Shown here: in pieces, positions 7,909-14,760 of the stretch
Layout: each line of letters opens with the position of its first letter
Numbering within the stretch: position 1 is the stretch's first letter
DNA from: Candidatus Avispirillum sp.
GTDB taxonomy: Bacteria; Bacillota; Clostridia; Oscillospirales; CAG-272
Reading direction: 5' to 3'
Length of the DNA stretch: 64,000 bases
NCBI GenBank assembly: GCA_045597805.1
Contig: JAZLKW010000062.1
Span: forward strand, 112,004 to 176,003
Translations under genes and position numbers: made by a program
The notes under the pieces: model-generated
What the model was told of the DNA's origin: nothing
Seen by the model: only the letters and a program-made list of their open reading frames with translations
The model's database searches: none

Positions 7909-10032
7909 TTATTGATATCTGTCTCCATCTACATCGTAAACGAGCATCATGGGACTCTTGTCAAGTGTGAATTTCGCCTGTATGCCCACTCTGTCATACG
8001 ACACGCGGATATTATGTGCGTTTATGTAATCGTATGTCCAGCGCCAGGTTTTTGCGTACTCTTCTCTCTCGGCGGCGCTTCCGTTTACATATCTGTCCTC
8101 GTACAGTGCCGACAGGCAGAGGAACTTCATATGGACGGACAGTCTGTCAATGTTATCTCTTTCGCGGTCGGTTTTCGCCGCCGCATACGCCTTATCGAAA
8201 AGGGTGAAAAATTCGTCAAAGTGCTCTTTGAAATACTCCTTTGAATACACGTCAAAGGGCTGTTCGAAATCGTTAAGGACACATCCCTTGAGATTGCCGC
8301 ATTCGTCCAGCATCTGCATATATTCATATACGTACTGCCAGCCGTAGCCGAAGTAATATTTCAGAAACTCTTTTGTACTTTGTTCAAACTCGTCACGGGT
8401 CAAGTCCGTGTCCCACATGAGGTCAGATATAAGGTACGCATCCAGATCTTCAAAGGAGGAGCCGGTCGTTCCCACCACGTAGAAGCCTTCCACCTCCTCA
8501 TGTGACATAAACCACTTGAAATCGTTATATATCTTGAAGAAATTGGGCTGAGGGCACAGGAGATAATAGATATTCGTGGGGTAATACCAGATGTATATTC
8601 TCGAACAGTGCTCGAGCCACTGATTGAAATAGGCTTCTTCGATTTTATTGGAACCGAGATCTCCTATCACCGCCGCGCCGCACTGTCCGCTTCCTATATC
8701 GTGGTTGGAGCAGGCGCACCAACACTGGAGCAGTATCACGTCGTCATTCATCACAGCCACGTCCGGGGGCTTTCTCCACGTGGCATAGCCGTTCGTAATG
8801 ACGGTGATGCCGGGGTACTCCGCCGTCAGTATATCGTCGATAGGATTGATGAGATTGGTTATAAGAATACCCATGGGGCTGTTTTCGACCCTCATTACCT
8901 TATTGCAGGCACGGCAGGTGCACATATCCTCGTCAGCCGCATAGGAAATGGATATCTCGGTTATATCGTCGCCTACGACACCTCCGGCAGCGATACGCTC
9001 GTCGAGAAGCTTTCTCATATTATTGAGGCATATTTCATACGCCTCTTTCTGAGAAAGACAGCGTTTTATGCTTTCGCTTGCTTTTTTGATCTGCTCGTCG
9101 GTCATGTAAGCGAGTGCTTCCGGGTCCTCTGTGGCACGGTACAGCTCCTCCAGAGGAAGAAAAACGTCAAGAGAGTGTGCGTTTGCGAAAAGGCGGCATA
9201 TCCCAAAGCCGTATTTTGCCTGCTGCATGGACCACTGTCCCGAGCATCCCGCCAGTTTTCTCTTGATAACGGAGGAATATGTATATTCGTCTCCGTAGGG
9301 GTGTATACAGATACAGCGGTAATATACCGTAGGTATCTGCGTGTCTTCAGTCCCCTCAGGTATATCCGCTTTTCCGGCTTTCAGAAGCTCGAAATCGTTA
9401 TATCCGTAGAATCTGTATCCGAAATAATCCTCCAGCAGGGCGTATACCGCGTACATGGTGCCGCGCTTTGCACCTGCCTCTATCTTCAGATCTCCGTTAT
9501 TAACGGTCAGCGTAAAGCCGTCATTTCCGTATTTTTCAGGGTCGCCCTCACGGAGTGTTATCGCTTTACCGGACGTCTTTGCGTTCACGGTGGGAAGCGT
9601 CACACCGCAGGCGTTTTTTACGTACTTAACAAGCTCGGATGCGGCGAACACCATGTTGGGGTTGTCCGGTGCGGTCACTATTATTTCATAATCGGATATC
9701 GGGTTCCCCGCTATCGTAAATCCGTCCCAGCCGTACCCTTCGGGGAAACGGTCGGAAATATCGAAACAGCCGGCAAAATGGGCTTTCAGGTAAAGCGCGT
9801 CCTTTGACGTGATCTTTCCGTCGCGGTCCACGTCGGCTCCGTCAGTAACGTCAAATCCGACATCTGAAATATTCCTTTTCATCAGCACGGCGTCTTTCGC
9901 ATCCACCGTACAGCTTCCGTCCGCGTCACCCGTCATATAAAGGCCGGCGTTCGCCGCAGAAACAAATACTGCGGAAGACGCGACCATGGCGGCGACTATC
10001 AGGGCGGATATCCCTTTTTTCAAGAATTCCAT
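7909..10032 (-). CDS. Secreted protein with N-terminal dockerin and DUF4838-like glycoside-hydrolase-like body
   Basis: Signal peptide (ALIVAAMVASSAVFVSAANA). Two Ca-binding dockerin repeats (GDADGSCTVDAKDAVLMKRNI and DVDRDGKITSKDALYLKAHF). The rest resembles DUF4838 proteins from memory. Confidence 0.55.
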   Translation of the reverse strand: MEFLKKGISALIVAAMVASSAVFVSAANAGLYMTGDADGSCTVDAKDAVLMKRNISDVGFDVTDGADVDRDGKITSKDALYLKAHFAGCFDISDRFPEGYGWDGFTIAGNPISDYEIIVTAPDNPNMVFAASELVKYVKNACGVTLPTVNAKTSGKAITLREGDPEKYGNDGFTLTVNNGDLKIEAGAKRGTMYAVYALLEDYFGYRFYGYNDFELLKAGKADIPEGTEDTQIPTVYYRCICIHPYGDEYTYSSVIKRKLAGCSGQWSMQQAKYGFGICRLFANAHSLDVFLPLEELYRATEDPEALAYMTDEQIKKASESIKRCLSQKEAYEICLNNMRKLLDERIAAGGVVGDDITEISISYAADEDMCTCRACNKVMRVENSPMGILITNLINPIDDILTAEYPGITVITNGYATWRKPPDVAVMNDDVILLQCWCACSNHDIGSGQCGAAVIGDLGSNKIEEAYFNQWLEHCSRIYIWYYPTNIYYLLCPQPNFFKIYNDFKWFMSHEEVEGFYVVGTTGSSFEDLDAYLISDLMWDTDLTRDEFEQSTKEFLKYYFGYGWQYVYEYMQMLDECGNLKGCVLNDFEQPFDVYSKEYFKEHFDEFFTLFDKAYAAAKTDRERDNIDRLSVHMKFLCLSALYEDRYVNGSAAEREEYAKTWRWTYDYINAHNIRVSYDRVGIQAKFTLDKSPMMLVYDVDGDRYQ

Positions 10033-10059
10033 ACAATACCCCTCTTATTTACTACTGTA

Positions 10060-10088
10060 ATTATAGTACAGAAGGGTCATCATTTCAA
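10060..10088 (-). promoter_or_regulatory. Sigma-70-type promoter for the 7909..10032 operon
   Basis: On the minus strand: TTGAAA, 17-nt spacer, TATAAT. It lies about 30 nt upstream of ATG 10032. Confidence 0.6.
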
Positions 10089-10123
10089 TAGTTTCACGCT
10101 ATTAATTTAACAAACGACAGCTA

Positions 10124-10152
10124 TTGACAAAAAGCGTGTACAGATGTATAAT
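10124..10152 (+). promoter_or_regulatory. Sigma-70-type promoter for 10182..10901
   Basis: TTGACA (10124-10129), 17-nt spacer ending in TG (extended -10), TATAAT (10147-10152). Confidence 0.65.
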
Positions 10153-10181
10153 TATTATATAAACACGGGAGCACATTCAAA

Positions 10182-10901
10182 ATGCACAACACAGGCAGGC
10201 AGAATATGAGATTTTGCACCGGCAGATATTCGCCGATACTTTTCTGCACGCCCGCTCAGACCCGTACTCTTCTGGATGAGCACCGCGTCCTCGTTCTGCT
10301 TATCCGTCACGGTACTACCGACTGGAACCTTGAGACTCGTCTCCAGGGACGGGAGGAGGTCCCGCTCAACGATAAAGGGCGGGAGCAGGCGAGACTTTGT
10401 GCGGGCGGGCTCTTCAAGGCGCTTGAGGGGCTGCCGGTAAAGGGATTTTACACCTCCCCGCTCTCGCGAGCCTACGAAACGGCAAAAACCGTTTCAGAGC
10501 ATTTCGGAGCAGGAAAGCCTGTCACCGTGGACGGTCTTATCGAGAGAGATTACGGTTCCATAACCGGCATGACATTTGCCGCCCGGCGCGAACTGTTCCG
10601 CAGTGCGGACGGGTACCCCGAGGACATGGAGAACACGGCTGACACCGCCGTGAGGATGAAGCGCACGGTCGCATCCATTCTGTCGGAGCCCGGGGACGGC
10701 ATACCGATTCTCTTCACCCACGGAGGTATACTTAATTCGTTCTTCTCCGTCATAACCCGCGGCAGAGCCGGGAGCGGTGGAAATATCGTTGCAAACTGCA
10801 CCGTGGAGATGATCGCGGCGGGAAAGAACGACACCATTCCCATCGCGTTCAACCTCAGAAACGGCGAATTATTCGATTTCATAAAAGAATTGTATAAATA
10901 A
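10182..10901 (+). CDS. Histidine phosphatase (phosphoglycerate-mutase-like) family protein
   Basis: RHG motif (LIRHGTTDWN) and family-typical blocks. The start is uncertain: ATG 10182 or 10206, because the N-terminal ~35 aa look non-conserved. Confidence 0.7.
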   Translation: MHNTGRQNMRFCTGRYSPILFCTPAQTRTLLDEHRVLVLLIRHGTTDWNLETRLQGREEVPLNDKGREQARLCAGGLFKALEGLPVKGFYTSPLSRAYETAKTVSEHFGAGKPVTVDGLIERDYGSITGMTFAARRELFRSADGYPEDMENTADTAVRMKRTVASILSEPGDGIPILFTHGGILNSFFSVITRGRAGSGGNIVANCTVEMIAAGKNDTIPIAFNLRNGELFDFIKELYK

Positions 10902-10931
10902 AATAGCCACCCCGCCGGGGTGGCTATTTTA
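10900..10931. terminator. Bidirectional terminator between convergent genes
   Basis: 10-bp stem TAGCCACCCC/GGGGTGGCTA flanked by an A-run and a T-run. Confidence 0.8.
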
Positions 10932-10956
10932 TTTAAATGGTCTATACTGATCCGGA

Positions 10957-11772
10957 TTATTCGGATTCGGATTCGTCGTCGGAACCTTCTTCGATCTCCT
11001 CAGCGGAGTCGTCAGTCTGTTCGTTTTTATCTGCCTTTTCTCCGGTGGAGACGTCGTTGATGCCCTCGATCTCCTGGTGGTTCTTCTGGCAGGTCTTGCA
11101 AAGCGCGGTGGCGTTATCCTGGAATGCCTGCTCAACCGTACCCTCATAGATGCTGTCGGACTTAGCATTCTTCAGATGGTAGCACTCGGGATCGATATGA
11201 TACTTATGTACCGTATTGCCGTTTACGGTCCAGTAGACGGTGGTATCGCCGAGAGCGTTCTGAGCTGCCTGAAGCTGTTCAGAGGAAACGGGATTCCAGT
11301 CGTAGGATGCCGCACCGCTGATGAGCAGTGCGATTACAGCCACGATGGCCGCTATGGTCTTGGTCTTCTTGTCCGCGTTCTTATCGGTGAGAGCGAAGAT
11401 GATGAAGGGAACGAAAGCAATAACGGATACGATGACACCCATGTTGTTCCAAAGCCAGAATTTTACTTTATTCTTCTCGGATGCGGGGTCGATGTGGTTA
11501 GCCTTCTTCCATAGAGCGGAGCCGACGATGACCAGAATCATATCGATGACGAGGAAACCGATCATGGAGACCATGTCGATCGCGTCCTTTGCGAAGATTT
11601 GGATCTTCTGCATGAGCGCAAGGATTGCGAGGACCTCGCAGCCCAGACCTGCAAGCCAGCAGATGACGGCGCCGACACGCAGACCCGCCGCGTTGCCTAC
11701 GGGCTTCGCTTCGAGGATCTCGGTCCCGGATACTTTATTATCGGATTTGACGATCTTCTTTTTTTCAGCCAT
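10957..11772 (-). CDS. Multi-pass membrane protein with extracytoplasmic Cys/His-containing C-terminal domain and acidic tail
   Basis: 271-aa ORF with AAGGAG SD and about five hydrophobic helices. The C-terminal segment reads HKYHIDPECYHLKNAKS...ALCKTCQKN. No family assigned. Confidence 0.5.
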   Translation of the reverse strand: MAEKKKIVKSDNKVSGTEILEAKPVGNAAGLRVGAVICWLAGLGCEVLAILALMQKIQIFAKDAIDMVSMIGFLVIDMILVIVGSALWKKANHIDPASEKNKVKFWLWNNMGVIVSVIAFVPFIIFALTDKNADKKTKTIAAIVAVIALLISGAASYDWNPVSSEQLQAAQNALGDTTVYWTVNGNTVHKYHIDPECYHLKNAKSDSIYEGTVEQAFQDNATALCKTCQKNHQEIEGINDVSTGEKADKNEQTDDSAEEIEEGSDDESESE

Positions 11773-11874
11773 GTTTTTTCTCCTTTTGAATATTGTTCCT
11801 TTTTCTGATTATACAATATCCCTTAAGGTTTTGCAACATTATTTTCGTTTTTGATCGTTTTTTTGACGGAATTA

Positions 11875-13113
11875 TTACTCTTTTTCGGCAACGGCCAGCT
11901 TAACGCACAGGCATAGTATCTCGATCGCGAGGGTAAGATCGCCTAAATCGGGATAGGTGGGCGCAATGCGCAGATGTCTGTCGTTGGGATCGAGCCCGTA
12001 TGGATATACGGCACCGACTGTCGTGAGCTTGACGCCGGCGGCGGCACAGAGATCGAATACCCTCTTCGCGCATCCGTCCGGAACGGAAAGGTCAACGAAG
12101 TATCCTCCGCGGGGCTCGGTCCAGGTGGCGATGCCCGTGAGGTTTTTGCGGAATGCGCCTATAACTGCATCAAACCTGGGTCGTATTATGGCAGCGTGCT
12201 TCTTCATGTGAGCACGGACTCCGTCCGCGTCACCGAAATACTTCACATGGCGCATCTGGTTTATCTTGTCAAATCCAATGGTCTGCGCGGAAATATAGGG
12301 GAGCATCTGTCTGAGGTTGTTTTCGCTTGCCGCCATGATCGCAACACCGCTGCCGGGGAAGGTGATCTTTGAGGTGGACGCAAAATAGAATATCATGTCC
12401 TTGTTGCCGCACTTCTCCGCTTCAGCGAAGATGTCCAGAAGCTTTACCTCTTCGTCGTATATCTCATGGATGGCGTATGCGTTGTCCCAGAATATACGGA
12501 AATCGGGAGCCGCAGGCTTCAGAGAAGCAAAGCGGCGCACCGTCTCATCTGAGTATGTATATCCTGAGGGGTTTGAAAACTTCGGAACGCACCAGATACC
12601 TTTTACGGAAGCATCCGTGCTCACAAGCTTTTCAACCGTGTCCATGTCGGGACCGTCGCTGTCCATCTCAACGGGTATCATTTCTATTCCCATCGCCTTG
12701 CAGATGGCGAAATGGCGGTCATATCCGGGGCTGGGACAAAGAAACTTGATCTTTCCCTGCGAGCCCCACGGTTTATCAGAGCCCACGGTACCGAAAAGCA
12801 TACACCTGGCGACAGTATCGAACATTATGTTAAGAGAAGAGTTTCCGCCTATGAACAGCATGGGCTCGGGGATACCCAAAAGCCCGGAAAACAGCTTTTT
12901 TGCTTCGGGGATACCGTCCAGACAGCCGTAGTTGCGGCAGTCCAGCCCGTTTTCGCATCTCACGTCCTCGCCCGTGCTGATGACTCCCAGCATCTTCTCG
13001 GACAGAGCAAGCTGTTCTGCACCTGGCTTTCCGCGGGTAAGGTCGAGATTGAGCCCTTTATTGCACCACTCCTCATACTGTGTTCTCAGAGCAGCAAGAT
13101 TTCCGTTTGACAT
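11875..13113 (-). CDS. PLP-dependent aminotransferase (class I/II fold)
   Basis: 412 aa with GGAGG SD. Fold-type I blocks DNAYAIHEIY and the Lys-containing STSKITFPGSG. Confidence 0.7.
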   Translation of the reverse strand: MSNGNLAALRTQYEEWCNKGLNLDLTRGKPGAEQLALSEKMLGVISTGEDVRCENGLDCRNYGCLDGIPEAKKLFSGLLGIPEPMLFIGGNSSLNIMFDTVARCMLFGTVGSDKPWGSQGKIKFLCPSPGYDRHFAICKAMGIEMIPVEMDSDGPDMDTVEKLVSTDASVKGIWCVPKFSNPSGYTYSDETVRRFASLKPAAPDFRIFWDNAYAIHEIYDEEVKLLDIFAEAEKCGNKDMIFYFASTSKITFPGSGVAIMAASENNLRQMLPYISAQTIGFDKINQMRHVKYFGDADGVRAHMKKHAAIIRPRFDAVIGAFRKNLTGIATWTEPRGGYFVDLSVPDGCAKRVFDLCAAAGVKLTTVGAVYPYGLDPNDRHLRIAPTYPDLGDLTLAIEILCLCVKLAVAEKE

Positions 13114-13297
13114 TTGTTTTCCTCCGGGGATCGTCGATATGAATAATGAAAATCAAAAACTTTCAAAAATTACGTTATGCAAGTATATATTATATTACAA
13201 ATGAATGCAGATTGCAAGTATCTTTCAGATATTTCTTTTCTATCATTGTTGATTTTTTCACTTTAAGGTGATAGAATCATGGTATGGGAGGAGTAAT

Positions 13298-13888
13298 ATG
13301 TTGATTTTCGTGATTATCGCGGCGATTTTTGCCGTATGTATGCTGATATATGACCTGAGGTCTGTAAAAAGCGGGGCTCTCTCCGCGGTTTGGGTAAACG
13401 GATCTATTCTCCTTGTCGGCGCTGCGGGATACGTTTTCGCATATATTTACACTAGGGACGAGATCGTAAACATAACGTCCGAGGCCGACGGTATCGCGGA
13501 GATCTTCGGCAAAGTCTCTCTGTGGCTTATTCCCGCCGTCCTGATCTTTGAGGAGTTTCTCATCCTGTCTGCTCTTCTCTCCCCCGGAGTTTTCCGGCTT
13601 CGGCACGCTCTCAATTTATTTTCAGCCGTTCTCCTTCTTTTCGCTTGCGGTATAATCACAGTGCTGATCTCCGAAAATCAGTACTACGGAAACGTATGTG
13701 ACGGCGAGTGCGTGCTTTTACTGTCCGTGTGCGCATTGTTCTGTACTTATCCGCTGACTGAGGAGCTGCTTATCCTGCACCGTGCGGGGTACACAGAAAG
13801 CATGACAAAGAGAGAGGAAATTCGGAAGAAAAGGAAAAAAGAGCGCGCCGCTCTCAAAAGCCAAATGGCATCTCTCGGAAGAAAGTGA
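13298..13888 (+). CDS. Hypothetical membrane protein with basic C-terminal tail
   Basis: The start is moved to ATG 13298, directly after GGGAGGAG; the tracked start at 13268 is GTG. Five or six hydrophobic helices. Confidence 0.5.
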   Translation: MLIFVIIAAIFAVCMLIYDLRSVKSGALSAVWVNGSILLVGAAGYVFAYIYTRDEIVNITSEADGIAEIFGKVSLWLIPAVLIFEEFLILSALLSPGVFRLRHALNLFSAVLLLFACGIITVLISENQYYGNVCDGECVLLLSVCALFCTYPLTEELLILHRAGYTESMTKREEIRKKRKKERAALKSQMASLGRK

Positions 13889-14052
13889 GAACGACTCAGG
13901 GACGTTATATTTTTGTTCAAAATACACAAGGGTAGAAGCCGTCTTTATATTACGCGAATGCCTAATTGCTTTTCCACAGCTTGTGGAAAAGTCTGTTGAA
14001 ATCCCGCGGTGATTGACTTTTACGATAAGCGAATATTTGTTCATATATAAAA

Positions 14053-14076
14053 AACGGCGGGCTCCGCCGTTCTTTT
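14053..14076 (+). terminator. Rho-independent terminator
   Basis: AACGGCGG-GCT-CCGCCGTT followed by CTTTT. Confidence 0.65.
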
Positions 14077-14184
14077 ATATCGGGAAATATCGCCGGACGT
14101 CAGTATTTACCGAACCGGCACGGATATATGTATATTTTGCACAATGAAAACTGACTGTTTCACAGCGAAGTAATGACGAGCACG

Positions 14185-14318
14185 CGTCAGATCACTCAGT
14201 TCCGAATCACAGTGCGAACTCTTATAGGAAGACGGAGCCGTCACGCCCATACGTCAGTTCATCCGGCTCGAAAGCATAGTGCAGACTCTTATAGGAAGAC
14301 GGAGCCGTCACGCCCCAC
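14185..14318 (+). repeat. Tandem direct repeat, 2 x 67 bp (31-nt identical cores at 14218-14248 and 14285-14315)
   Basis: Core ACTCTTATAGGAAGACGGAGCCGTCACGCCC is identical in both units. The unit 5' halves are about 60% identical. Confidence 0.8.
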
Positions 14319-14394
14319 GGGGTCAGCGCGGCGGCTCATATGACGTCTTATAAGTATTTTATGCCGAAATTGTTTATTTGATACACCGTTTCCC

Positions 14395-14423
14395 TTGACA
14401 CGATTTTTCAAGTATGATATACT
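14395..14423 (+). promoter_or_regulatory. Sigma-70-type promoter for tRNA-Gln
   Basis: TTGACA (14395-14400), 17-nt spacer, TATACT (14418-14423). The tRNA starts 12 nt downstream. Confidence 0.7.
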
Positions 14424-14434
14424 GATACGGTCGA

Positions 14435-14508
14435 TGGGATATGGTGTAACGGTAACACACAGGACTTTGACTCCTGTTTTGCTGGTTCGAGTCCAACTAT
14501 CCCAGCCA
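14435..14508 (+). tRNA. tRNA-Gln (anticodon UUG), CCA encoded
   Basis: Manual cloverleaf. Acceptor TGGGATA/TATCCCA, D stem GTGT/ACAC, anticodon stem CAGGA/TCCTG with loop CTTTGAC, T-loop TTCGAGT, discriminator G plus CCA. Confidence 0.9.
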
Positions 14509-14514
14509 ATAAAA

Positions 14515-14542
14515 TAAGACACCCTCACGGTGTCTTATTTTA
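14515..14542 (+). terminator. Terminator after tRNA-Gln
   Basis: AAGACACC-CTCAC-GGTGTCTT followed by ATTTT. Confidence 0.7.
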
Positions 14543-14640
14543 TTGTTTGAGCTATGTTGCGAGAACCACTCAATTGCGCAGCAATTGTTGTGTTTCCACC
14601 GCAGCATACTGTCGGTTGTAATAAACCGCAGTGGAAACAC

Positions 14641-14668
14641 CTGGTTCAAGTCCAACTATCCCAGCCAA
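14641..14668 (+). repeat. Orphan duplicate of the tRNA-Gln 3' end (T-arm plus acceptor plus CCA), 27/28 identical to 14482-14509
   Basis: CTGGTTCAAGTCCAACTATCCCAGCCAA compared with CTGGTTCGAGTCCAACTATCCCAGCCAA. No 5' tRNA half lies upstream of it. Confidence 0.85.
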
Positions 14669-14670
14669 AA

Positions 14671-14697
14671 GAGGCGGTCTCAAACCGCCTCTTTTTT
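14671..14697 (+). terminator. Terminator following the orphan tRNA 3' fragment
   Basis: GAGGCGGT-CTCAA-ACCGCCTC followed by TTTTTT. Confidence 0.75.
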
Positions 14698-14700
14698 CAG

Positions 14701-14735
14701 TAAAATACCCGGAGACTTCCCTGCGAGGTCTCCGG
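14701..14735 (-). terminator. Terminator for 14761..16971
   Basis: On the minus strand, CCGGAGAC-N11-GTCTCCGG followed by GTATTTTA. Confidence 0.55.
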
Positions 14736-14760
14736 TGTATTATTGTTAGTTATGGCAGAT

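Noticed and set aside
8608-9807. Long antisense ORFs opposite real genes: 8608..9807, 37382..38659, 39743..40777, 42411..43433, 15676..16482, 5512..6192, 59949..60629, 7216..7728, 4591..4995 and many shorter ones.
   Set aside because: Each lies entirely within a longer opposite-strand ORF that has recognisable family motifs. Their translations are low-complexity (Arg/Gly/His-rich), typical of shadow ORFs in GC-biased coding DNA.
13718-14044. 108-aa minus-strand ORF in the gene-free region before tRNA-Gln.
   Set aside because: It has no SD. It overlaps the 3' end of 13298..13888 and a terminator, its composition is unlike neighbouring genes, and it has no recognisable motif.
14218-14315. CRISPR-like look: two identical 31-nt repeats separated by 36 nt, with a possible degenerate third repeat near 14343.
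   Set aside because: There are only two true repeats. The spacer is itself about 60% similar to the sequence preceding the first repeat, so this is a 67-bp tandem duplication. No cas genes or leader are present in the window.
14510-14640. A possible second, divergent tRNA gene ending at the orphan 3' fragment (14641-14668).
   Set aside because: The upstream sequence has no acceptor 5' strand (TGGGATA), D-arm or anticodon arm. It has only an 8-bp GTTTCCAC/GTGGAAAC stem with a large loop.
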